Source of the DNA: Geminicoccus sp.
GTDB taxonomy: Bacteria > Pseudomonadota > Alphaproteobacteria > UBA7985
Assembly: GCA_002708995.1 (NCBI GenBank)
Contig: PAPT01000042.1
Coordinates: 24,039-88,038 of the forward strand
DNA length: 64,000 nt
Reading direction: 5' to 3'
A program made the translations under genes and the position numbers. The notes beneath the pieces are model-generated. The model was not told where the DNA came from. It made no database searches and was given only the letters and a program-made list of their open reading frames with translations. Positions 1 through 8,909 of the stretch are shown here, piece after piece (the stretch's first letter is position 1; every line of letters starts with the position of its first letter).

Positions 1-680
1 TGGCCGGGGTGCGGAAGTTCCGCTACGGCCTCGCTGAAGAAAACAATCAGGTCGGCGCGGTAACCGGTCTGGCCTGGACTGAAGTCGGCGGCGACCTGCT
101 GCAGATCGAATCTGTCACCGTCAACGGCAAGGGCCGGGCGCTCTTCACGGGCCAGCTGGGCGACGTGATGAAAGAGTCGATCCAGACCGCAGAGAGCTTC
201 GTGAAGTCCCGTGCGGCAGACTTCGGCATCAAGCCCGACCTGTTTGCTAAGCGCGACATCCACGTCCACGTCCCCGAGGGCGCTACGCCCAAGGACGGCC
301 CCTCGGCGGGGATCGCCATGGTGACTTCGATCGTCTCCGTGCTGACCGGTGTGCCGGTGCGCAACACCGTTGCCATGACCGGCGAAGTCACCCTGCGCGG
401 CAAGGTTCTGCCTATCGGCGGGCTGAAGGAAAAGCTGCTCGCCGCCCTGCGCGGTGGCATCAGCAAGGTTCTGATCCCAATCGAGAACGAGAAGGACCTC
501 GCCGAGATTCCGGACAATGTCAAAGCGGGGCTGGAAATCGTGCCGGTCAGTGATGTTGACGAAGTGCTCGGCCACGCACTGGCCGAAGCGCTGACCCCCC
601 TGACCGCTGAGCAGATCGCCGAATTCGAAGCGGCGGCAGCCAAGGCGGAGAGTGGGTCGAGCCCGGTTGTCACCCACTGA
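1..680 (+). CDS. lon: Lon protease, C-terminal proteolytic domain (5'-truncated by window)
   Basis: [37 protein letters not shown] (catalytic Ser) and LPIGGLKEK (Lys) motifs; TGA at 678-680. Confidence 0.97.
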   Translation, partial: AGVRKFRYGLAEENNQVGAVTGLAWTEVGGDLLQIESVTVNGKGRALFTGQLGDVMKESIQTAESFVKSRAADFGIKPDLFAKRDIHVHVPEGATPKDGPSAGIAMVTSIVSVLTGVPVRNTVAMTGEVTLRGKVLPIGGLKEKLLAALRGGISKVLIPIENEKDLAEIPDNVKAGLEIVPVSDVDEVLGHALAEALTPLTAEQIAEFEAAAAKAESGSSPVVTH

Positions 681-767
681 CCAATTCTCCCCGCCAGCGC
701 CAGCAACCGCGTGTCAGGCGGCTTCGCAGAAGGCTAGAACGAGCCTGAAAAGCGGCCCTGAGTCTGG

Positions 768-797
768 AAAAAGCCCCTGTTGTACGGGGCTTTTTTT
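768..797 (+). terminator. Intrinsic terminator after lon, possibly bidirectional
   Basis: AAAAAGCCCC-tgttgtac-GGGGCTTTTTTT. Confidence 0.8.
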
Positions 798-951
798 GTG
801 CTTGAAGCAGCCCTGCGTGCAGCGCCGTTGCAGACGATTTTCAGACTCGGTAGTGAGGGCCTCGTGAGCGATATATTATGCGATGGCGCTTGGAAGTGTG
901 GTGCAGGCCGGATCGTGTATCTGACCCGCTGAGTTCAATGCAAAGGTGCCA

Positions 952-1940
952 ATGACCCAAGACCCACGCGTCTCCAGTTGTCCGACCCCAAGCGCCCAAG
1001 GTGCGGGCGGAACCGGGAAGCTAAGTTACGCCGACGCCGGGTGGATATCGATGCGGGTGAGGCCTTTGTCGACGCCATCAAGCCAGCGCTGTCCGGCACG
1101 CGACGTCCCGGTGTCATGGGTTCGGTCGGCGGTTTCGGCGCGCTCTTCGATCACCGGCAAACCGGGCTGAGCGACCCGATCCTCGTCAGCGGCGCCAATA
1201 GCGTTGGGTCCAAGCTGCTGCTGGCCGAGAGCCTCGATGACTACCGCGGGCTGGGGCAGGACCTCGTCGCCATGTGTACCAACGACATCCTGTGTCGGGG
1301 CGCGCGGGCCCTGTTCTTCCTCGACTATCTGGCCGCCGGCCGCCTGTCACCCGAGCGCGACCGCCGAGTTGCCCGGCCTCTACGCCGAAGGATACTTCGA
1401 CCTGGCCGGCTTTGCCGTGGGCGCGGTGGAGCGCGAGGCGCTGCTGCCCAACTACGATGCGCTCGAAGCGGGTGATGTTCTCATTGGTCTGGGGTCGAGC
1501 GGAATCCACTCAAATGGCTTTTCCCTGATCCGCCGCTTGATCGACGAGTTGGGGCTAAACCTCGATGCCCCCGCGCCCTTCGATGCGTCGCTGAGCCTGC
1601 GCCTGGCGCGGTCCGGGCGCTGTGCCACGTGACCGGTGACGGCCTGCCGGGGAACCTGAACCGGGTGCTGCTCGCAGATCTGCAGGCTGTGGTCGACCCT
1701 GCAAGCGGGAGGCCGGTGCCTCTGTTTGGCTGACTGCAGAGCCTCGATCGGATCGAAATCTCGGAGCTTTACCGGACCTTCAACATGGGTCTGGGCATGG
1801 TGCTCGTGGTTCGCGCTGGCGATGCCGGCGACGTCATGGCGGTACTGGCCGGACAGGCGCCGGTTTTCCGCATTGGCGAGGTTCGATCCCGCCCCTCGAC
1901 CGGGACGCCGCAGGTCCACATCAGCGGGGTCAGCGGGTGA
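952..1940 (+). pseudogene. purM: Degraded AIR synthetase (PurM)
   Basis: PurM motifs are spread over different frames: LSYADAG/VDIDAG (frameshift ~1040), [77 protein letters not shown]. Apparent internal deletions near 1359 and 1600; in-frame TGA at 1731-1733. Confidence 0.92.
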
Positions 1941-2566
1941 TGCATACCAGAGTGCGCAGCGCGATTCTAATCTCGGGGCGCGGCTCCAACATGCAAGCCC
2001 TGCTCGACGCCGCCCGCGACAAGGCCGACTTTCCCGCGAGTTTCGATCTGGTGATCAGCGACCGCGCCGACGCAGCGGGGCTGGACATCGCGCGTAAGGC
2101 TGGCTGCGACGCGCTTGCGCTGCAACAGACCGGTGCCGGTAAAGCGGCGTGGGAGGCTGAGCTGACCACGCTGCTCCGCCGCGCAGACATCGAGCTGGTC
2201 TGTCTGGCCGGTTTCATGCGCCTGCTCAGCGGAGGCTTTCTGGCCGGCCTCGGCCGCCCAGTGCTGAACATTCATCCCTCGCTGCTGCCCGATTTCCCCG
2301 GTCTGAATGCGCAGGCACAGGCACTGAAAGCGGGCGTCCGGGTTGCCGGCTGCACCGCGCACGAAGTCACGGAAGTCATGGATGCCGGACCGATCATCGG
2401 GCAGGCACAGGTTCCGGTACAGACCTACGACAGTGTCGAGGCGCTGTCGGCCCGCATCCTGCGCGAAGAACACCGCCTTTACCCGGCCTGCGTCGCACGC
2501 TTCCTCGGCGCACGCCTGCAGCCGTCCCCCACCCCCGAGCCGGAAACCCCTGTTCATGCCCATTGA
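1940..2566 (+). CDS. purN: Phosphoribosylglycinamide formyltransferase
   Basis: ILISGRGSNMQAL, LVCLAGFMRLL, LNIHPSLLP, DAGPIIGQ, EEHRLYP; TGATG overlap with the purM stop. Confidence 0.93.
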   Translation: MHTRVRSAILISGRGSNMQALLDAARDKADFPASFDLVISDRADAAGLDIARKAGCDALALQQTGAGKAAWEAELTTLLRRADIELVCLAGFMRLLSGGFLAGLGRPVLNIHPSLLPDFPGLNAQAQALKAGVRVAGCTAHEVTEVMDAGPIIGQAQVPVQTYDSVEALSARILREEHRLYPACVARFLGARLQPSPTPEPETPVHAH

Positions 2567-3029
2567 GGGATTGAAGGAAGAATGCGGCCTGTTCGAGGGT
2601 GCAGGCGTGACCCTCGCGCCCAACGCTGGCGGGGCCTACCTGTGCCAGTGGGAGCGGCTGCAGGTGAGCGGGAGCGGCGACACGCCGTGGCTGGCGGGGC
2701 TGGAGACCTTCGACTGTCCCATCGCCCACGGTGAAGGGCGCTTTGCCTTTGCCCCCGGCGCGCTGGAGCGGCTGCAGCAGGGGGGCGGCGACGTGCTGCG
2801 CTATGACGGCGAAGCACCTAACGGATCGACCGATCGCCTCGCTGGGATTACCGCCCACGGCGGCTGGGTGCTGGCGATGATGCCCCACCCGGAACGGGCC
2901 CTGCTCAGCCACCATCACCCCGACTTTCACCGACGCGCCGTGCTTGCACGTCGGCGCGGAGAGGCCTTGACCACGTTCGGTCTGACCCTGAGAATGTTCT
3001 GCAATGCAGTGGAGACGGTGACCCGGTGA
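2556..3029 (+). pseudogene. In-frame chimera: PurF-like N-terminus (~13 aa) joined to the C-terminal half of PurQ (FGAM synthase glutaminase)
   Basis: MPIEGLKEECGLF resembles the PurF propeptide plus Cys1; it is followed by TLAPN..YLCQW, PIAHGEGRF, PNGS..LAGI and VLAMMPHPERA (PurQ). The PurQ GICNG nucleophile motif is absent. Confidence 0.8.
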
Positions 3030-3568
3030 CCGCAAACGACGATCAGCAGCTTGAGTTTTATCCGCGCGCGCGCTCGGTCCTGTTCGCGGCGGGGCTGATG
3101 CTGGCCCTGTTTATCGCCTGGGGGGTGATGAGCTTCAGCGAGGGCATGGTCCGCGCCATGTTCATCATGACGCTGGGCGGGTTCACGTCGGCCGCCTTCG
3201 CCTCGCCCTACCTGCTGCGCAGGGAGCCAACGCTGACACTGGCGGCCGAGGGCGTGACCCTGCGCCCGACCTTCTCCCGGCGGGTGTTCATCCCCTGGCA
3301 CTGCCTGATTTCCGCCCGGACCGCGATCCGGGTCAAGCACCACCTACGGCTGGAAGTGGACTGGACAAGGCTGCGGGCTGGTGACGTCGACCGGACTGGG
3401 GCGAGCCTGCCCTCGGAGCGCTCAGCGCCGCTGGAACTGCACGGGCTGCGCCGCATCGATCTGGACGGCAACGTGCACGACGTGATCCTGCTGCTGCAGA
3501 TCTTCAAGGACCGTCATTTCGTCGAGGCCCCCAGCGCTGATGGTCCCAACGCTGAGGCGGACGACTAG
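3026..3568 (+). CDS. Hypothetical membrane protein (2 TM helices plus a soluble domain)
   Basis: GTGA overlap with the upstream stop; two hydrophobic segments, then LTLAAEGVTL...FIPW. Confidence 0.7.
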   Translation: MTANDDQQLEFYPRARSVLFAAGLMLALFIAWGVMSFSEGMVRAMFIMTLGGFTSAAFASPYLLRREPTLTLAAEGVTLRPTFSRRVFIPWHCLISARTAIRVKHHLRLEVDWTRLRAGDVDRTGASLPSERSAPLELHGLRRIDLDGNVHDVILLLQIFKDRHFVEAPSADGPNAEADD

Positions 3569-3595
3569 AGCCGCTTCGACCAGCGCCAGACCGGC

Positions 3596-4681
3596 CTAGG
3601 CCAGTTCGCTCATTTCCACCCAGCGGCGCTCGGTCATCGAAATCTGCGCGGCCAGCCCCATCTGCACTGACATTCGCCCATCATAGGCGGTGACCAGCGG
3701 TGGGGTGCCCTCGCGGATGGCCTTCTGGAAGTCCAGATGCTGGAAGAAGCTGGAGCCGAAATGGCTGCCCGCTTCGAGCACCTTTTCGTCGATCTCGACG
3801 CTCTGGTGGGTCGGGTTCTTGGGGCGGCGCGGCATATGCGTGATCACGCCCTCGGGGATTTTGACTTCGAGCTTGGCCGTGTCACCGATGAGGCTGATTT
3901 CCTCCTGGTTCTCTGACCCCTCGGCAAACATGCACAGGTCGAGCTGCGCCTTGGCCCCTCCGGCAAATTCAACCACGGCAAAGCCGTGGTCAAAAATGTC
4001 GGGCTTCCGCCCGTCGTATTCCTCGCTGCGATGGTTCACGGCCTGTCCGCCCATGCCCATGACCGCGACCGGCTCATCCCGCAGAATGAAGCGCATCAGG
4101 TCGAAGAAATGGCAGCACTTTTCAACGAAGGTACCACCGGTGTTCTCGTTGAAGCGGTTCCAGTTGCTGATCTTGGGCAGGAACGGGAAGCGGTGTTCGC
4201 GGATCGACAGCATCTTCATGGCGCCGACGTCGCCCGCGTGGGCGCGCTCGATCATCCGCGCGACGGGCGGCATGTAGCGGTACTCCAGCCCGACCCAGAA
4301 CACGGGTTCGAAGCTCTTCACCCGCTCTTCGATCTCGAGGGCGTCTTCCAGCGTGGTACACAGGGGCTTTTCGACCAGATGTGGCAGGTCGGTCTGCAGC
4401 GTGTCGCGGAGCACGTCGATGTGGGTGTTGTTTGGGGAGGCGATGATCAGCGCGTCGACCACGCCCGCGGCGAGCATATCGCGGTGGTCGGTGAAGTACT
4501 GCACTTGCGAGAGGTCGGCGCCGTCGATGCTGCGCAGGGTCGACTCAGACCAGCTCAGCGAGGTCTGTACCGGGTCGCAGACGGCTGTGACCGAGGCCCC
4601 GTCGAGCAGGTAGATATTGCGGATGTGCTCCTGAGCCATCATGCCGGCACCGATGATGCCGTAGCGGGTCGAATTGGACAC
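3596..4681 (-). CDS. Gfo/Idh/MocA family oxidoreductase
   Basis: YGIIGAGMMA Rossmann motif, LVEKP, GGTFVEKCCHFFDL. Confidence 0.92.
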   Translation of the reverse strand: MSNSTRYGIIGAGMMAQEHIRNIYLLDGASVTAVCDPVQTSLSWSESTLRSIDGADLSQVQYFTDHRDMLAAGVVDALIIASPNNTHIDVLRDTLQTDLPHLVEKPLCTTLEDALEIEERVKSFEPVFWVGLEYRYMPPVARMIERAHAGDVGAMKMLSIREHRFPFLPKISNWNRFNENTGGTFVEKCCHFFDLMRFILRDEPVAVMGMGGQAVNHRSEEYDGRKPDIFDHGFAVVEFAGGAKAQLDLCMFAEGSENQEEISLIGDTAKLEVKIPEGVITHMPRRPKNPTHQSVEIDEKVLEAGSHFGSSFFQHLDFQKAIREGTPPLVTAYDGRMSVQMGLAAQISMTERRWVEMSELA

Positions 4682-4789
4682 GGTTTCTCTGCTCCCCCAA
4701 AAGCGCAGTCTTCGGTCAAAGTCTATAGCGTGAAGCGATGCCCGAGTGACCGTCCGGCTGCAAGTGCTCAGTCTGCGCGACTGCCCCTA

Positions 4790-4860
4790 CGCTGCCTGCG
4801 CTGCTGTTACCGCCGTCGCTGCTGTTGCCACTGCCGCTGCCGCTCCAGCCACCGACGCGG
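4790..4860. repeat. Low-complexity GCN-like triplet/hexamer tract
   Basis: gctgcctgcgctgctgttaccgccgtcgctgctgttgccactgccgctgccgct, directly after the permease stop. Confidence 0.5.
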
Positions 4861-6567
4861 CTAGCGTGTCTCGCGGGCGATCCGCCGGGTGACGAGGATC
4901 ACCGGCAGCACGCCGAGCAGGACGATGATCAGGCAGGCGACGCCGGTTTCCTCGACCCGCGCGCGGCTGGCGAAGTCGTAGATGAAGGTCGAGAGCGTGT
5001 TCAGCCCGAAAGGCCGCAGGAATATCGTCGCCGAGAGCTCTTTCAGCGCATCGATAAACACCAGCAGGGCAGCGACCGACAGGCTCGGCCACAGCGCGGG
5101 CAGATGCACCCGCAGCAAGGTCATCAGCGCACCCTGGCCCAGCGTGCGGCTGGCATCATCGCGGGCGAGCGGGATGTTGCGGAAGCCGCCGTCGACGTTG
5201 CCCTCGGCCAGCGCCAGAAACCGAATGAGGTAGGCTAGCAGGATGAGCGCGCCCGACCCGGTGATCAGCAGCCCGACCGACAGGCCCAGTCCCTCGCGCA
5301 GCCAGCCAGCGAGCAGGTTATCCAGCCCGGCCAGCGGCACGAACAGCCCCAGCGCAAGGATGGTGCCGGGGATGGCGTAGCCCAGACTGGCCAAACGCAC
5401 GATCAGGCTCAGCCCCCGACGCTGGCCCGCCTGCAGGCGCAGGGTGTAGACCATGATCACCCCGGCAAGCACGGTCAGCACAGCTGCGCCCAGCGCCAAC
5501 TGCAGCGATGTCAGCAGGGCCCGGTGCAGGTCCGGGTCTGCAAGCAGGTCGAGCCGGTCAAGCGCGTAGCCCCCCAGCACCCACAGCGGCACGCCGAAAC
5601 CCAGCAGCACGGGCAGGCAGCACCAGACCACGGCCAGCACGGCCCAGACCCCGTTCAGCTGCTGCCGCGTTGGCGCGGCGCGGGCGCTGCTGCTCTGTGC
5701 TTGCCGCCGCCGCCGGGCCCAGCGCTCGGTCAGCACCAGCACGAACACGAAGATCAGCAGCACCATGGTCAGCTGCGCTGCCCCGGCGATGTCACGTCGT
5801 GAGAGCCAGGTGTCGAAGATGGTGAAGGTCAGGGTCTCAACGCCAAGGTATTCCACCGCGCCGATGTCATTCAGCGTTTCCATCAGCGCCAGCACCACCC
5901 CGGCGGCGATGGCAGGGCGAAGCGCGGGCAGCAGCACCCGGAACAGGGTTGCCACAGGCCCCCGACCCAGCGCGCGCGAGGCCTCGACCAAGCGATTGCC
6001 CTGCAGCTTCAGCAGCGCCACCACAGCGAGGAATACGTAGGGGTAGAACACCACCGACATCACCAGCACAGCCCCGCCGGTATTGCGGATGCTCGGGAAC
6101 CAGTAGTCGCGGGCGCTCTGCCAGCCTGTGAGCGCGCGCAGGCTTTCCTGCAGCGGCCCCGTGAAAGAGAAGAACTCGATGAAAGCGTAGGCGCTCAGAT
6201 AGCTGGGCACGGCCAGCGGCAGCACCAGCAGCCACAGAAACAGCCGCGCGCCGGGAAAGCGGAAGGTCATGACCAGCCAGGCGCTGAGGATGCCGATTAC
6301 CGCCGTCCCTGCCACCACGCCGAGCATCAGCCAGACTGTGGTCGACAGGGTATAGGGCAGCACGTAGCGCGCGATATGGCCGAGGCTGTCCGGCGTGCCG
6401 GTGACAGCCGTCCAGACCAGCGAGCCGATGGGGAACAGCACGATCGCCGCAACTAGCAGCGTCAGCCCCAGGAACACCGGGCCGCGCAGGCGCTGCTGCC
6501 CCACCCTCGGCCCGGCGGCGGGCGGTGGGGTTTGCGGCGCTGATGATGGTGCGGTGGCCTTGGCCAT
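4861..6567 (-). CDS. Fe(III) ABC transporter permease (FbpB/SfuB type)
   Basis: Multi-TM protein with duplicated EAA-type motifs (LVEASRALG, DDASRTLG), ALMETLNDIGAV, FIDALKELSAT. Confidence 0.9.
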   Translation of the reverse strand: MAKATAPSSAPQTPPPAAGPRVGQQRLRGPVFLGLTLLVAAIVLFPIGSLVWTAVTGTPDSLGHIARYVLPYTLSTTVWLMLGVVAGTAVIGILSAWLVMTFRFPGARLFLWLLVLPLAVPSYLSAYAFIEFFSFTGPLQESLRALTGWQSARDYWFPSIRNTGGAVLVMSVVFYPYVFLAVVALLKLQGNRLVEASRALGRGPVATLFRVLLPALRPAIAAGVVLALMETLNDIGAVEYLGVETLTFTIFDTWLSRRDIAGAAQLTMVLLIFVFVLVLTERWARRRRQAQSSSARAAPTRQQLNGVWAVLAVVWCCLPVLLGFGVPLWVLGGYALDRLDLLADPDLHRALLTSLQLALGAAVLTVLAGVIMVYTLRLQAGQRRGLSLIVRLASLGYAIPGTILALGLFVPLAGLDNLLAGWLREGLGLSVGLLITGSGALILLAYLIRFLALAEGNVDGGFRNIPLARDDASRTLGQGALMTLLRVHLPALWPSLSVAALLVFIDALKELSATIFLRPFGLNTLSTFIYDFASRARVEETGVACLIIVLLGVLPVILVTRRIARETR

Positions 6568-6722
6568 AGACGTCCTGAAAGCTTCTTTTCGGCTGCGCAG
6601 GGTAGCGAATGCGGTTACGGGGCAAAGCTACGTGCTTTGCCGGTCCAAGGGTAGGGGCAGCCCGCGCAGATCAAACCGTCAGCGAGCGCCCGTCAATGCT
6701 GGATTTATCGCCGATCGCTGCG

Positions 6723-7658
6723 CTAAATCCGACTGTTAAACACCATTTCGACCGCCCGGGCCTGCGCCATGATATCCGAGCGCGGGATCGACCAGGCCTC
6801 TTCGCCGAGGATAGCCCGGTTCATGGACTCGACCTGAAGCCGGTACTGGTCGAGGTTTTCGACCTCGATCCGCTCCCCATGGGCATCGCCGAGTGCCGCG
6901 CCGGGGTAGAGCACGATTTCCGGGTCCTGCAGACCGGGGTAGGGGTTGAAGGGAACCTTGAGCTCCAGCCGGCCTTCGGTGCCCTGAAACACCATGCGCT
7001 GGTGCAGTTGCGCCTGGGTGGAACAGGTGAAGTTCAGGTGCCGGTCACCGGGGAAGTCCATGATCGCCGAGCACAGGATGTCGGTGCCGAAATCCGGCTG
7101 TTCCACGATCAGGCTCGCGGCCTTGGTCGGCTCGGCGTCGAGCACGAAGCGGGTGGTGAAAATCGGGTAGCAGCCAATGTCGAGGATGGCCCCGCCGCCC
7201 ATATTGGGCTGGTTGCGCACGTTACCGGGATCGACGTTGTAGAAGCTGAATTGGCCGTTGATCGCCCGCACCTCGCCAATAGCGCCGGTTTGCACCAGCT
7301 CTCTGGCCTTCACCCACTGCGGATTGAAGCGGACCATGAAGGCCTCGGACAGGATCAGGTCGGGGCGCAGATCCATCAGCGGTTCGAGTTCCGCCAGGCT
7401 GAGGGTGATCGACTTCTCGCACAGCACGTGCTTGCCCGCCTCCAGCGCCCTACGCGACCATTCGACGTGCAGGTGGTTGGGCAGGGGGATATAGACCGCA
7501 TCGATGTCATCGCGTTCGAGCAAGGCGTCGTAGGTGACTGGCCCCGACCGGCTCGCGACGGCGACGAGGCGACCGTTATCGCTGGCCTCGATCGCGGGTT
7601 GCAACCGGTCGCGGCCGATTTTCGCGTTGCCGATCACACCCCATCGTACTTCACCCAT
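6723..7658 (-). CDS. Gfo/Idh/MocA family oxidoreductase
   Basis: RWGVIGNAKIG, DAVYIPLPNHLH, GKHVLCEK, GGGAILDIGCY. Confidence 0.92.
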   Translation of the reverse strand: MGEVRWGVIGNAKIGRDRLQPAIEASDNGRLVAVASRSGPVTYDALLERDDIDAVYIPLPNHLHVEWSRRALEAGKHVLCEKSITLSLAELEPLMDLRPDLILSEAFMVRFNPQWVKARELVQTGAIGEVRAINGQFSFYNVDPGNVRNQPNMGGGAILDIGCYPIFTTRFVLDAEPTKAASLIVEQPDFGTDILCSAIMDFPGDRHLNFTCSTQAQLHQRMVFQGTEGRLELKVPFNPYPGLQDPEIVLYPGAALGDAHGERIEVENLDQYRLQVESMNRAILGEEAWSIPRSDIMAQARAVEMVFNSRI

Positions 7659-7858
7659 GGCCCTGTTTCCTCTCTGAAAACGTGTCTGTGGGCTGCCCTT
7701 TGCCCGCCGGTGTCAGGCCGTGGGGCCGCAGGCAGCCAGCGAGCAGGGTAGCGGTTCCGTCTGACCCTGACCAGCGGGACTGCACACTGGAATCGAGGCT
7801 GGACAAACGCGCCCAAGTGCAGGACTTGTTGAGCCGAACAGTGACGGACAAGAGGCCT

Positions 7859-8857
7859 ATGTCTGACCAGCTCGAACTCAGCCACGACCAGATCAACGCG
7901 TTTCTCAAGCGCTACGAGATTTTCGAGCCCGTGCTCGCGGTTGATTCGGGTGCCTTCGGCAACGTCAATGCCAACTATGGGATCGAGACCCAGACCCGGC
8001 GGCTGGTGCTGCAGCGGGTCGGGCGGAAGAAAAACCTCGATCAGCTCCGGCTGTCCAGTCACGTTGCCAACACCCTGTTCGCCCGTGATTTTCTAACGCC
8101 GTATTTTCACCTGACGGTCGAAGGCGATCCCTTCATCGAGCTCGACGGGGAGCAGTTCCGGCTAATGTCCTTCGTCGCCGACCCCGTGCTCGAAGACCGG
8201 CCCAGCGTGGCCGATGCCCTGCGCATCGTGGCACTGGCCGAGGACCTTCACGCCGCCCTCAACCGCTATTTCCGCTACGTCGACGAGGGCGACCGGCGCT
8301 ACATGACCTCCTATCAGGATCAGCCTGACCTGATTGTGCAGGCTGCCTTTGAGCGCAGAGATCTGTCCGAGAAAACCCGAGAGCGGAACGACAGCGTGCG
8401 GCCTTTCCTCGACGCGCACTTCGATGAGGTGCGGCGGGTGCGCCACTGCCACGGGGATATCAAGTTCGGCAACGTGATCGTGACGCCGGACCGGATCGGC
8501 CTGCTCGATTTCGAAAACTACAACGTCCAGGAGTGGGGCTGGGAGATCGGGGATGCCCTGCGCTCGTGGTTCAGCGACCAGCTCGATAACGTCACTTGGT
8601 CGATCCGCGCTGCCGATTTCGAGGCCTTCCTCGGACAGCAGCCCTGGTTCACCAAGCGCGACGCGGTGCTGCACACTCTGCGCACCACGGCGAAGCTACT
8701 GGTGCACCTGTACACGGACCGCGAAGACGGGCGTTACTACTTCTCCAGCGAGCCGACCCCGGTCCGGCTGGAAAAGGTCGACGTGCTGATTTCACGGCAC
8801 GAGACCTTACTACCCGCGTTGCTCGGGTTTGCCCGCGAGCGCGGCTACATCGACTGA
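7859..8857 (+). CDS. APH/choline-kinase-fold phosphotransferase
   Basis: HGDIKFGN (Brenner motif), LLDFE, N-terminal GNVNANY..LVLQR; ATG 7859 after GAGG. Confidence 0.8.
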   Translation: MSDQLELSHDQINAFLKRYEIFEPVLAVDSGAFGNVNANYGIETQTRRLVLQRVGRKKNLDQLRLSSHVANTLFARDFLTPYFHLTVEGDPFIELDGEQFRLMSFVADPVLEDRPSVADALRIVALAEDLHAALNRYFRYVDEGDRRYMTSYQDQPDLIVQAAFERRDLSEKTRERNDSVRPFLDAHFDEVRRVRHCHGDIKFGNVIVTPDRIGLLDFENYNVQEWGWEIGDALRSWFSDQLDNVTWSIRAADFEAFLGQQPWFTKRDAVLHTLRTTAKLLVHLYTDREDGRYYFSSEPTPVRLEKVDVLISRHETLLPALLGFARERGYID

Positions 8858-8863
8858 CGCTGA

Positions 8864-8890
8864 CCAGCCGGGGTCCCGGCTGGGGTTTTC
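8864..8890 (+). terminator. Intrinsic terminator hairpin between convergent genes
   Basis: CCAGCCGG-ggtc-CCGGCTGG followed by ggttttc. Confidence 0.65.
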
Positions 8891-8909
8891 GTTGTGCTGA
8901 TCAGGGGCG

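Noticed and set aside
800-951. Possible purine or ZMP/ZTP riboswitch upstream of the pur cluster
   Set aside because: I could not find the conserved core sequences of either class.
1731-1733. TGA in purM as recoding (Trp or Sec readthrough)
   Set aside because: TGA is an ordinary stop elsewhere in the window, and the gene has other frameshifts.
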